Assembly (NCBI GenBank): GCA_963749075.1
Contig: CAVVLJ010000016.1
Coordinates: forward strand, 768,001-832,000
Direction: 5' to 3'
DNA: 64,000 bases
Source of the DNA: an uncultured Pseudomonadota bacterium
Lineage (GTDB): Bacteria > Pseudomonadota > Alphaproteobacteria > JACZXZ01
The notes under the pieces were generated by a model that made no database searches, had not been told where the DNA came from, and saw nothing but the letters and a program-made list of their open reading frames with translations. This document shows, one piece after another, positions 1 to 10,850 of this stretch. Position numbers and translations under genes: made by a program. Position 1 is the first letter of the stretch. Each line of letters starts with the position of its first letter.

Positions 1-1
1 C

Positions 2-283
2 GCGCTCAAGAACACGCTCGTGCCGGTCATCACCATCACCGGCCTCCAGCTCGGCTCGATCATCGCCTTCTCGATCATCACCGAGCAGGTCTTCCAGTGG
101 CCGGGCATGGGCCTCCTCTTCATCCAGGCGGTGGCCTTCGTCGACATCCCGGTGATGGCGGCCTATCTCGTGCTCGTCGCCTTCCTCTTCGTGCTGATCA
201 ATCTGATCGTCGATCTGCTCTATTACGCGGTCGACCCGCGCCTGCGCATCGACCGCGCCGTGGCGGGAGGCCACGGTGGCTGA
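2..283 (+). CDS. Dipeptide/oligopeptide ABC permease (DppB-like), 3' part only
   Basis: ALKNTLVPVIT...TEQVFQWPGMG...DLLYYAVDPR is a typical DppB C-terminus; the gene starts before the window. Confidence 0.9.
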   Translation, partial: ALKNTLVPVITITGLQLGSIIAFSIITEQVFQWPGMGLLFIQAVAFVDIPVMAAYLVLVAFLFVLINLIVDLLYYAVDPRLRIDRAVAGGHGG

Positions 284-1229
284 AGCGCGGCTCCCGGCGG
301 CCGCGGCCTCGCCCTTGCGCGATGCCCTGCGGCGCGCCTGGGACAGCGATCTCTCCTATAGCTTCCGCCGCTCGCCGGTGACCGTGGCCGCGGCCCTCAC
401 CACGCTTCTCATCTTCTGCGGCGCCGCCTTCGCACCCTGGATCGCACCCCACAATCCCTTCGACCTCGCGACCGTGAGCCTCTTGGACGCGCGCAATCCG
501 CCGGTCTGGCTCCCCGGCGGGAGCTGGGAGTTCCCGCTCGGCACCGACAACCTCGGGCGCGACGTGCTGTCGACGATCCTCTACGGCTCGCGCCTGTCGC
601 TCGTGGTCGGCTTCGCCTCGATCGCCCTCGCCATGGTGCTCGGGGTCTCGCTCGGCCTCATCTCCGGCTATCTCGGCGGCTTCGTCGAGGCGCTCATCAT
701 GCGCGTGGCCGAGGTGCAGCTGAGCTTCCCCGCGATCCTCGTGGCGCTCCTCGTCGACGGCATCATGCGCGGCCTGGTGCCGCGCGAATTCCAGGACGAG
801 GTCGCCGAGTACGTGCTCATCCTCTCGATCGGGCTTTCCTTCTGGGTGCAGTACGCGCGCACGGTGCGCGGCTCGACCATGGTCGAGAAGAACAAGGAGT
901 ACGTGCAGGCCGCCCGCGTCATCGGCCGCCATCCGGCCGCCATCATGCTGCGCCACGTGCTGCCCAACGTCATGGGCCCGGTCCTGGTGATCGCCACCAT
1001 CAACCTGGCACTCGCCATCATCACCGAGGCGACGCTGTCGTTCCTCGGCGTGGGCGTGCCGCCGACCGAGCCCTCGCTCGGCACGCTCATCCGCGTCGGC
1101 AACGACTTCCTCTTCTCGGGCGAGTGGTGGATCTCGATCTTCCCCGGCGCGGTGCTCGTGGTGCTCGTGCTGGCGGTCAACATGCTGGGCGACTGGCTGC
1201 GCGACGCGCTCAACCCGAAGCTGCGCTGA
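276..1229 (+). CDS. Dipeptide/oligopeptide ABC permease (DppC-like)
   Basis: LGTDNLGRD, EYVQAARVIG (EAA loop), LSFLGVG and GDWLRDALNP motifs. Confidence 0.93.
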   Translation: MAEARLPAAAASPLRDALRRAWDSDLSYSFRRSPVTVAAALTTLLIFCGAAFAPWIAPHNPFDLATVSLLDARNPPVWLPGGSWEFPLGTDNLGRDVLSTILYGSRLSLVVGFASIALAMVLGVSLGLISGYLGGFVEALIMRVAEVQLSFPAILVALLVDGIMRGLVPREFQDEVAEYVLILSIGLSFWVQYARTVRGSTMVEKNKEYVQAARVIGRHPAAIMLRHVLPNVMGPVLVIATINLALAIITEATLSFLGVGVPPTEPSLGTLIRVGNDFLFSGEWWISIFPGAVLVVLVLAVNMLGDWLRDALNPKLR

Positions 1230-2225
1230 TGGCAGCCCTCGGCAACCGCCCGCCGCTCTTGCAGGTCGAGCGCCTGCGGGTCGAGTTCCCCACCCGGCGC
1301 GGCACGCTCACCGCCGTCGACGACGTCTCCCTCGAGATCGCCGAGGGCGAGGTGCTCGGCGTGGTCGGCGAATCGGGCGCCGGGAAGTCGATCACCGGCT
1401 CGGCGGTCATCGGCCTCATCGAGCCGCCCGGGCGCATCGCCGGCGGGCGCATACTCTTCGAGGGCGAGCGCATCGACGGCCTGGCTTACGAGAAGCTGCG
1501 GCGCATCAGGGGAAAGCGCATCGGCACCATCTTCCAGGACCCGCTTACCAGCCTGAACCCGCTCTATGCCATCGGCCGCCAGCTCGTCGAGACCATCACG
1601 ACGCACCTCGAGCTTTCGCCGCGCCAGGCGCGCGAGCGCGCCATCGAGCTCTTGGCCGAGGTCGGCATCCCCTCGCCGGGGGAGCGCTTCGAGCACTATC
1701 CCCACCAGTTCTCCGGCGGCATGCGCCAGCGCGTGGTGATCGCCTTGGCGCTCTGCGCCAACCCGCGCCTCGTCATCGCCGACGAGCCGACGACGGCGCT
1801 CAACGTCTCCATCCAGGCGCAGATCATCGCCCTCCTCAAGAAGCTCTGCCGCGAGCACGGCACCGCGGTGATGCTCATCACCCACGACATGGGCGTCATC
1901 GCCGAGACGGCGGACCGCGTTGCCGTCATGTATGCCGGCCGCCTCGTCGAGGTGGGGCCGCTGCGCGAGGTGGTGAAGGCGCCGCGCCATCCCTACACGG
2001 TCGGGCTCATGGGCTCGATCCCCTCGCTCCACGGCTCGCGCGAGCGCCTCGCCCAGATCGACGGCAGCATGCCGCGGCTCAACCGCATTCCGCCGGGCTG
2101 CGCCTTCCATCCGCGCTGCCCGCGCGCCTTCGCACCCTGCGCCCGCGAGCGGCCGGAGCTGGTGCCGGACGGGCCGTCGAGCGCCGCCTGCTGGCTCTAC
2201 GGCCCGCTCGCACGGACGGGGAGCG

Positions 2226-2233
<8 letters not shown>
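1229..2233 (+). CDS. Peptide ABC ATP-binding protein (DppD-like)
   Basis: ATG overlaps the upstream TGA; Walker A GESGAGKS, FSGGMRQR, C-terminal GCAFHPRC. The D-loop reads DEPTTALNV instead of ALDV. Confidence 0.92.
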
Positions 2234-3265
<1,032 letters not shown>

Positions 3266-3266
<1 letters not shown>

Positions 3267-3355
3267 CGGTGCTGTCCCTCACCCTCCCAAGGCTTCGCCT
3301 TGGGTCCCTCCCTCTCCCGTTTACGGGAGAGGGTCGGGGTGAGGGCCGGCACCGC
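3266..3355. repeat. REP-like palindromic element (CCCTCACCC...CTCTCCC/GGGAGAGGG type)
   Basis: Internal hairpin ccctctcccgt-tt-acgggagaggg inside outer arms cggtgctgtccctcaccc / gggtgagggccggcaccg. Confidence 0.75.
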
Positions 3356-3447
3356 CTTTCAAGGAGATGCGAGCGATGCAATCGGCTGCACGCGACCGAG
3401 GCGGGGGTGCGCATCCTTGAGGAGGGCGGCAACGCGATCGATGCGGC
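3337..3447 (+). pseudogene. Degenerate, internally deleted duplicate of the ggt 5' region
   Basis: gcaccgcctttcaaggaga...atgcaatcg.ctgcacg matches 5632-5675; gtgcgcatcct...gagggcggcaacgcgatcga matches 5791-5825; about 100 nt between them is missing. Confidence 0.8.
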
Positions 3448-3599
3448 ACGGTCCACAGCAGTCGATACAGTGCCGAACTTCGCCTGGAATTACGTTCGGC
3501 CGAAAGCAAGTGATCGTATTCCTATGGACAGGATCACGATCTGCACCAACTCCACTCCATATGGTATTGTCAAAGGCGGTATTCCGGTAGCGGGCGCCA

Positions 3600-4493
3600 T
3601 TACGCAGCCCGTGCAATTCTCCTAGTGTCACTCAGCGCCCGATCGATCAAACAGTCCATCTCAAGGCGGACGAGGTTGTTGTCCAGAGTCCCGATATTGT
3701 CGGAGCGAGTTTGCTCCGGGGCCGAGCCCACCGCAATTCTTTGCTCGACCGCATTGCGCAGTCGCCGCAGGCGGAATTCCTCGAAAGGTACAATTGCCGC
3801 CACGACGCTTTGGCGTGCCGCCGTCAAGTGACCCAAGACCGCCTCGGCGTGCGCATTGATCAGGCGCAGTGCCGCGCGCTCCTCGACATCTATCCCCGGG
3901 CGTGCTGAGATACTCATCAAGATGTCGCGCGCAGCTTGCGCTCGCCTTGACGCGATCCGTGCGACGGCCAGCGTCGTCTCGAAGTAACGCTTCTGCTCAT
4001 AATACGGACAGGTCGCGGCATATTCAATGAGACGATCGGCAAAAGCCGGTGATATGCCCTCCCTCATTTCAATCATCAAAAGAACGTGGACACCGATCCA
4101 TTCGCTCAAACTGCGGGGCTTGCGGACCAGAGATTGAAGGATCGAACGTGCTTCGTCCGAGCGCCTAATTCCACAAGAACGACTGCTTGTCCAACAATGT
4201 TGAAATCAGACGGCAATTCCCCTCTCCCGTTTGGTAGGCGGCGAGCGCCTCATCGAGCCGCCCCATGGCGCGCAGCGTCTCGGCGCGGCCGTTCCGTGCG
4301 ACGGCATTCTCCGGAAATGCCTCGACCGTCCGGTCATAGGCGGCGAGCGCCTCATCGAGCCGCCCCATGGCGCGCAGCGTCTCGGCGCGGCCGGTCCGTG
4401 CGTCGACTTTCTCCGGAAACGCCTCGACCGTCCGGTCATAGGCGGCGAGCGCCTCATCGAGCCGCCCCATGGCGCGCAGCGTCTCGGCGCGGC
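3600..4493 (-). pseudogene. Tetratricopeptide-repeat protein, frameshifted and 5'-disrupted
   Basis: 34-aa units RAETLRAMGRLDEALAAYDRTVEAFPENAVARNG; apparent frameshifts near 4220 and 4165 would join them to ORF 3600..4109 (...ELG-RSDEARSIL...EWIGVHV). Confidence 0.65.
4235..4493. repeat. 102-nt tandem repeat, about 2.5 copies (TPR-coding)
   Basis: Units start at 4235, 4337 and 4439 (taggcggcgagcgcctcatcgagccgccccatgg...) and are nearly identical. Confidence 0.95.
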
Positions 4494-4783
4494 GAATGTA
4501 GAAATGCAGAAGAATGTTGTAAGATGTATAATTGAACGTATTTAAAATGCGGAGCTGTGCTAGTTGTAAGAGAATGAATTTTTGACTATACTGAAGCTGG
4601 CTTATAATGAAGTGTTACGGAGTGATATGAACTTGAACATTGGATATTGATTGTTTGAGAACTGTAGTGGTGAGAGTAGGGGTGAGCGCAGTTTTGCAGG
4701 AGCTTGAACTGCTAAGCTTGTACAGCAGAGCACAAGGATAAATATTGTGGTAGCTTGAATTTTTTGTGTGAGATATAATAAGT

Positions 4784-5227
4784 TTAAGTTGAGGTTTGAG
4801 AAATGATTGAAAGTGGTTGGAGATCTGTCCAATTGACATTTTTGGCGAAGAATATTTTTGTCCGTAGATCGCCTTGATCGCCATCGAAGATACCCGTTGC
4901 CAACGCTGCAACAAGCCCGTTATCGTACGCTTGGTCCAATGCAGCTGTGCCTTCGACCGAGGTTAATTTCTTCTGGTAACCCCAAGCCCGGACCTCGTCC
5001 TCGATTTGGAGGAGCAACGGCGCACTAACGATGCCATAGAGTCTTTCAACTCTCTTGAGCTCCTCCTCGCGCGCCAAGCGTAGCGCGCCGAAGAAATCCC
5101 AGGCTTGACTGGCAACTGGTTTCAGAAAACGCCTCTCAATGAACTCCGCGACCGCTCGGTCCGCAAGCACGCGATCGGCGCGGCGTATATTGCGACGCCG
5201 CAAATCCCAATCCAGTTCGGGGTCCAT
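4784..5227 (-). CDS. Hypothetical protein, possibly the former N-terminus of the TPR gene
   Basis: 147-aa ATG ORF in lower-GC DNA on the same strand as the TPR remnant; its tail runs into the anomalous AT-rich tract. Confidence 0.4.
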   Translation of the reverse strand: MDPELDWDLRRRNIRRADRVLADRAVAEFIERRFLKPVASQAWDFFGALRLAREEELKRVERLYGIVSAPLLLQIEDEVRAWGYQKKLTSVEGTAALDQAYDNGLVAALATGIFDGDQGDLRTKIFFAKNVNWTDLQPLSIISQTST

Positions 5228-5658
5228 ACCGATCAGGATCCATGGAGAGTTTCGAAGCGGCGCGTCTCAATTTTAAGAGTTAATTTAGAGGTTATCTTCT
5301 GTTAGTGGACCATCGGCCGTAGGATCGAATACCCGCACCTCAAGCCAAGATCAAAGAAGAACCGGATATCGTTCGCCTGGGGCGGCGCCGGTCCTCACCT
5401 TGGAAAAGCCAGTCTCGCCGAGAGGGAAGGGGCCCGGCCCGCAGAGATGTGAATGTGACGGCTGAGTTCATGCGCCAACTTGGTTGATCGCCGCAATTCC
5501 GGATGCGGTAGCTTTGAGCAACCGAACTCCCAAGCCTCTCGGTCGTCGGCGTCGGTTAGAGGTCTATCCAATGTCACCTGTCCAATGCTTCTCGGGGCAG
5601 AGTACCGTTTGGACGGGAAGGGTGAGGGACAGCACCGCCTTTCAAGGAGACCAGAGCA

Positions 5659-7413
5659 ATGCAATCGACTGCACGTGCCCTTCTTATTCTCGTCCTCGCG
5701 ACCCTCCACGCCCACGCGGCCACGCGCCCGGCGGTCGAGGCCGAGCATGGCATGGTCGTCGCCGCCCAGCATTATGCGACCGACGTTGGCGTGCGCATCC
5801 TGCAAGAGGGCGGCAACGCGATCGACGCCGCGGTCGCGGTCGGCTACGCGCTCGCGGTGGTCAACCCCTGCTGCGGCAACATCGGCGGCGGCGGCTTCAT
5901 GACCATCCACCTAGCCGACGGGCGCGACAGCTTCATCAATTTCCGCGAGACGGCACCGGCGGCGGCGACGGCGACCATGTATCTCGACGCGGCCGGCAAG
6001 CCCATTCCCGGCGCCAGCCTCTACGGCTACCTTGCCGTGGGCGTGCCGGGCACCGTGATGGGGCTCGAGAAGGCACTCGCCGAGTACGGCAGGCTGCCGC
6101 GCGCGAAGGTCATGGCGCCGGCGATCGCACTCGCGCGCGATGGCTATCTCCTGGCCCGCGCCGACACCGACATCCTCGACAACAAGGTCGCACGCTTCGG
6201 CCGCGACCCCGCCGCGCGCCGGATCTTCCTCCGGCCCGACGGCACGCCCTTCGAGCCCGGCGACCGCCTCGTCCAGAGCGACCTCGCCGCCACCCTGGCG
6301 CTCATCGCCGAGCGCGGCGCGGACGCCTTCTACGAGGGCCCCATCGCGGCGGCGGTGGCGGCGGCGAGCAAGGCCAATGGCGGCATCCTGACGGCGGACG
6401 ACTTCGCCCATTACACGGTAACCGAGGCTGCGCCGCTCAGTTGCAGCTACCGCGGCTACGTGCTGCTCTCGGCACCCCCGCCGAGCTCGGGCGGCGTCAC
6501 CATCTGCGAGATCCTCGACGTGCTCGAGGGCTACGACATGGCGGCGCTCGGCTTCCGCTCGGCCCGCTCGGTGCATCTCATGGTCGAGGCCATGCGCCAC
6601 GCCTTCATGGACCGCAACAGCTACCTGGGCGACCCGGCCTTTGTTAAGAACCCGCTTGAGCGCCTGCTCTCCAAGGACTACGCGGCTCAGATCCGCGCCG
6701 CGATCCAGCCCGACAAGGCGACGCCGTCGGCGGCGGTGGCGCCAGGTGTGGCGCCGCACGAGAAGGCGGAGACCACGCACTACTCGATCGTGGACAAGGA
6801 GGGCAACGCGGTCTCGGTCACCTACACGATCAACGGCTACTTCGGCGCCAACGTGATGGCGCCCGGCACGGGCTTCTTCCTCAACGACGAGATGGACGAT
6901 TTCACCATCAAGCCCGGGACGGCGAACCTCTTCGGCCTGGTGCAGGGCAAGGCGAACGCCATCGAGCCCGGCAAGCGGCCGCTCTCCTCCATGGCGCCCA
7001 CCATCGTGACCAAGGACGGCAAGGTCTTCCTCGTGGTCGGCAGCCCGGGGGGCTCGCGCATCATCACCATCACGCTCGAGACCGTGATGAACGTCATCGA
7101 TTACGGCATGGGCCCGGAGGAGGCGGTCGACGCGCCGCGCCTCCATCACCAATGGCTGCCCGATGAGGTGTTCTACGAGCCCTACGGCCTGTCGCCCGAC
7201 ACGATCGCGCTTCTCACGGGCATGGGCTACAGGCTTAAGGAGCAGCCGCCCTGGGGGGCGGCCGAGCTCATCGAGATCGCAGGCGTCGCACCCGCCGCCA
7301 GGGGCAGCGCCTCCTCGGGCAACGGCGCGGCGCTCTCCGGCCGCTTGCGCGCTGGCTACCTCTACGGCGCCAACGACGACCGCCGCCCGGCGGGCGAGGC
7401 GGCGGGATATTGA
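5659..7413 (+). CDS. ggt: Gamma-glutamyltransferase (periplasmic)
   Basis: AAGGAGA RBS, signal peptide, GGNAIDAA, ETTHYS (nucleophile Thr), LNDEMDDF, KRPLSSM, GSPGGSRI. Confidence 0.95.
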   Translation: MQSTARALLILVLATLHAHAATRPAVEAEHGMVVAAQHYATDVGVRILQEGGNAIDAAVAVGYALAVVNPCCGNIGGGGFMTIHLADGRDSFINFRETAPAAATATMYLDAAGKPIPGASLYGYLAVGVPGTVMGLEKALAEYGRLPRAKVMAPAIALARDGYLLARADTDILDNKVARFGRDPAARRIFLRPDGTPFEPGDRLVQSDLAATLALIAERGADAFYEGPIAAAVAAASKANGGILTADDFAHYTVTEAAPLSCSYRGYVLLSAPPPSSGGVTICEILDVLEGYDMAALGFRSARSVHLMVEAMRHAFMDRNSYLGDPAFVKNPLERLLSKDYAAQIRAAIQPDKATPSAAVAPGVAPHEKAETTHYSIVDKEGNAVSVTYTINGYFGANVMAPGTGFFLNDEMDDFTIKPGTANLFGLVQGKANAIEPGKRPLSSMAPTIVTKDGKVFLVVGSPGGSRIITITLETVMNVIDYGMGPEEAVDAPRLHHQWLPDEVFYEPYGLSPDTIALLTGMGYRLKEQPPWGAAELIEIAGVAPAARGSASSGNGAALSGRLRAGYLYGANDDRRPAGEAAGY

Positions 7414-7561
7414 CGGCGCGGTCGAGCGGAGGCCGCGGCCGACGGCCTCCGGCCGGGCGCTTTCGGTTGCCCGGGCGGATTGCTATCATTCATGCCGCTG
7501 CAAAGGCCATCGGGCGGGTGTAAGCCCGGGAACGAGCCGCGAGCACCTGGGGAGGGCGCCC

Positions 7562-8224
7562 TTGAACTACGTCTTCCAGTTCGGAGACGTGTGGAATTCC
7601 TGGCACGAGCTGGCGCTGGGGGCGTGGCTCACCGTGCGGCTCTCGGCCTATTCGATGGTGCTCGGGCTGCTCGTCGCGATCGTCTTCGCCCTGGGCAAGA
7701 CCTCGGGGCCGAGGCCCATCCGCGCGCTCGTCGACGTCTACGTCGAGGTGATCCGCAACACGCCCTTCCTCATCCAGCTTTTCATCGTCTTTTTCGGCTT
7801 GCCGGTGCTCGGGCTGCGCCTCGAGGCGAACACGGCGGCCCTCCTCGCCATGGTGATCAACGTCGGGGCCTATGCCACCGAGATCGTGCGCGCCGGCATC
7901 GAGAGCATCACGCGCGGCCAGACCGAGGCGGGGAAGGCCCTCGGCCTCAGGCCGCTGCAGGTCTTCCGCCACATCGTCCTCCTGCCGGCGATCCGCACGG
8001 TCTATCCCGCCCTCACCAGCCAGTTCATCCTCCTGATGCTGAACTCCAGCGTCTGCTCGACGATCGCCGCGGACGAGCTGACGGCTGCGGCCAACGACAT
8101 CCAGTCGCGCACCTTCCGCAGCTTCGAGGTGTATTTCGTCGCGACCGGCATCTACCTCGCCCTCTCGCTCGCCTTCTCGGCCGTCTTCGCCGGGATCGAG
8201 CGGGCCGTTCTCGTGCGCCGCTGA
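7562..8224 (+). CDS. Polar amino-acid ABC permease
   Basis: TTG start inferred; YVEVIRNTPFLIQLF, EIVRAGIESI, GQTEAGKALG. Confidence 0.88.
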   Translation: MNYVFQFGDVWNSWHELALGAWLTVRLSAYSMVLGLLVAIVFALGKTSGPRPIRALVDVYVEVIRNTPFLIQLFIVFFGLPVLGLRLEANTAALLAMVINVGAYATEIVRAGIESITRGQTEAGKALGLRPLQVFRHIVLLPAIRTVYPALTSQFILLMLNSSVCSTIAADELTAAANDIQSRTFRSFEVYFVATGIYLALSLAFSAVFAGIERAVLVRR

Positions 8225-8241
8225 CGGGGCGGAGAAGTTCC

Positions 8242-8892
8242 ATGCGCGATCTCGGCTTCAGCGATCTCGCCTACATCGTGCTCGCGGCGCGCTGGACGAT
8301 CGCCCTTTCGGGAATCGCCTTCGTGGGCGGCAGCATCGGAGGCCTGGCCGTGGCTCTCGCGCGCACGGCGCCGCCCTTATGGCTGTGCTATCTCTCCGCC
8401 GGCTACATCCGGCTCTTCCAGGGCACGCCGCTCCTCATGCAGCTTTTCCTCGTCTTCTTCGGCATCAACATCCTCGGCCTGAGCGTCGATCCGTGGACGG
8501 CGGCAAGCCTCGGCCTCACGCTCAACGCCAGCGCCTTCCTGGGCGAGATCTGGCGCGGCTGCATCGAGGCCGTTCCCAAGGGCCAGTGGGAGGCGGCGGA
8601 GGCGCTCGGCCTGCGCTATGCGGGCCAGATGCGCAGCGTCATCCTGCCGCAGGCCGCGAAGGTCGCCGTGGCCCCCACCGTGGGCTTCCTCGTGCAGCTC
8701 ATCAAGGCGACCTCGCTCGCCTCGATCATCGGCTTCGTGGAGCTCACGCGCTCGGCGCAGGTCATCAACAACGCCGTCTTCCAGCCCTTCAAGATCTTCG
8801 GCCTCGTGGCGCTGGTCTATTTCCTGATGTGCTGGCCGCTCTCGATTTTGAGCAATCGCATGGAGAAGAGACTTGCCCTAGGATCGCGCTGA
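8242..8892 (+). CDS. Polar amino-acid ABC permease
   Basis: FQGTPLLMQLF, EIWRGCIEAVPKGQWEAAEALG, IKATSLAS. Confidence 0.9.
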   Translation: MRDLGFSDLAYIVLAARWTIALSGIAFVGGSIGGLAVALARTAPPLWLCYLSAGYIRLFQGTPLLMQLFLVFFGINILGLSVDPWTAASLGLTLNASAFLGEIWRGCIEAVPKGQWEAAEALGLRYAGQMRSVILPQAAKVAVAPTVGFLVQLIKATSLASIIGFVELTRSAQVINNAVFQPFKIFGLVALVYFLMCWPLSILSNRMEKRLALGSR

Positions 8893-8992
8893 GCCGAGGC
8901 GAGAGGGAGCTTGCGCGAGCCGTCCGTGCCGCCGGCCGGGCATGGTGGAGACGGGCTCGAGATAACCGGCCGAGCAAGGGAGGAATCGTGCC

Positions 8993-9812
8993 ATGAGATC
9001 GCTGCATCCGCTTCAGAGGATCGTGCATTGGCCGCTTGCGGCGCTCGCCCTCGCGCTCGCCTTCGCCTGGGCGGCGCCCCAGCCCGCGCAGGCCCTCACG
9101 GTCGACGACATTCTCGCCAAGAAGAAGCTGGTGGTCGGCGTGCTCACCGACTTCCCGCCCTTCGGCGGCACCGACGCGCAGCAGAAGCCGGACGGCTACG
9201 ACGTTGACGTTCTCACGCCTCGTGGCCAAATACTTGGGCGTCGAGCTCGAGCTCGTGCCGGTGACCGGACCGAACCGCATCCCCTACCTCCTGACCAACA
9301 AGATCGACATGCTGATCGCCACCTTCGGCATCACGCCCGAGCGCGCCAAGCAGGTGCAGTTCTCCATTCCCTACAGCAGCATCGACATCTATCTCTTGGC
9401 GCCCAAGAAGCTCGCCATCAAGAGCCCCGAGGACCTGAAGGGCGTCAAGATCGCGGTGGCGCGCGCCAGCACCCAGGACACCGCGATCAGCGCGATCGCC
9501 CCCAAGGACGCCCGCATCATGCGCTTCGACGACGACGCGAGCGCGCTTCAGGCGATGATCTCCGGACAGTCCGACGCCCTGGGTGCTGCCAACGTGGTGC
9601 TGGCCCAGCTCAGGAAGAGCCATCCCGAGATGGAGATCGAGCCCAAGATCACGCTGCGCCACCAGCCGAACGGCATAGCACTCCGCCGCGCCGACGGCGA
9701 GCTGCGCCAATGGGTCGATACCGTGATCTTCTACATCAAGAACAACGGCGAGCTCGACGCCATCAACCGCAAATGGCTGGGCCAGCCGCTGCCCGAGCTG
9801 CCGACGTTCTGA
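8993..9812 (+). pseudogene. Amino-acid ABC substrate-binding protein (SBP family 3), +1 frameshift near 9211
   Basis: Signal peptide and DFPPFG...GYDVDV in one frame continue as SRLVAKYLGVELELV...ERAKQVQFS in another. Confidence 0.85.
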
Positions 9813-9880
9813 GGTATGTCCCGCTTCGGCGCGGCCGTTGAGCTGGTCCTCGATTGTTGGACAGGCGGCAGCAGACTTAG

Positions 9881-9928
9881 GGTGTATTCCGCCGAATAAC
9901 GGAGGAGTGCGAGACGGCGGAATACACC
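9881..9928. repeat. 14-bp perfect inverted repeat (REP-like hairpin)
   Basis: ggtgtattccgccg (9881-9894) / cggcggaatacacc (9915-9928), 20-nt loop. Confidence 0.75.
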
Positions 9929-10097
9929 TTATCGCCCTGCCCGATTTTCCAGGACCAGCTCGCCATTGGCCCGCTCAGCGGACGTTGTCATCCTACTGGC
10001 GTCGAAAGCGACCTCCAAAGCGGCCATGGTTATAAAAGATAAGGCTATTATCAAATGCTTAGCGGTTGATCGGGGCACTGACCCATGGTAGGAACGA

Positions 10098-10424
10098 ATG
10101 ATGGACAAAGAATTGGCCAGCGATCCGATTCTAACCCGCTTCCGCGCCGCCTTAGACGACCTTTATGGCGCGCGGCTGGCTCGGGTCGTGCTCTTCGGTT
10201 CGCGCGCGCGCGGCGAAGGCGGACGTTCGTCCGATTACGACGTCGCCGTGTTCCTCACCGCCTTGTCCGACCGTTGGGCGGAACTCGACCGGCTGGCCGA
10301 TCTGCGCGTGCGGTTCCTCGACGAGACGGACACCTTCTTCGACGCCATGCCCTTCCCGGCAGCGGCGTATCGTGATCGCTCGCCGCTCATGCACGAAATC
10401 CGGCGGGACGGCCTTGACCTGTGA
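10098..10424 (+). CDS. Minimal nucleotidyltransferase (MNT)
   Basis: VLFGSRARG...SDYDVAV motif, 108 aa. Confidence 0.9.
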   Translation: MMDKELASDPILTRFRAALDDLYGARLARVVLFGSRARGEGGRSSDYDVAVFLTALSDRWAELDRLADLRVRFLDETDTFFDAMPFPAAAYRDRSPLMHEIRRDGLDL

Positions 10425-10828
10425 CTCCGGAGGCATCCGCCTTTTTGGCGAAAGCGCAGCACCTGCTCGCCGAGGCGGACACCATGCTTGGCGTTGGCCT
10501 CAACGATGCTGCGGGACGCACGGCCTACCTCGCGGGCTTTCACGCCGCCCAGGCGCTTATATTCGAGCGCCTGGGCAAAATGCTTAAATCCCACCGGGGT
10601 GTGCAAACGGAATTCCTGCGGCTGACCAAAGACGACGCAAAACTGACGGTCGCCCTGCGCGGATTCCTCTCCCGCGCGTATAATCTCAAGGCAATTGCCG
10701 ATTATGAAACTGGCCCCGGTTCCGAGATATCGCGGGCGCGGGCAGGCGAAGCCGTGCGAACAGGCAAGCAGTTCGTCGCTCATGTTGAGGCGCAGGTTGC
10801 CGCGCCCGAAAAGCCATCAAGCCGGTAA
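10421..10828 (+). CDS. HEPN-domain protein, partner of the MNT
   Basis: GTGA overlap with the MNT; AYLAGFHAAQAL, KSHRGV and ADY motifs. Confidence 0.85.
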   Translation: MTPEASAFLAKAQHLLAEADTMLGVGLNDAAGRTAYLAGFHAAQALIFERLGKMLKSHRGVQTEFLRLTKDDAKLTVALRGFLSRAYNLKAIADYETGPGSEISRARAGEAVRTGKQFVAHVEAQVAAPEKPSSR

Positions 10829-10850
10829 TACGCGAATCGGGCATTCACAT

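Noticed and set aside
4219-4233. REP fragment (ccctctcccgttt) inside the TPR remnant
   Set aside because: It is short and explainable as coding sequence of the TPR gene, so it may be chance.
4235-4493. CRISPR array
   Set aside because: Units are contiguous 102-nt in-frame TPR repeats without unique spacers, and there are no cas genes.
10038-10052. gataa-N5-ttatc operator upstream of the MNT gene
   Set aside because: The 5-bp arms in AT-rich DNA are too weak to call.
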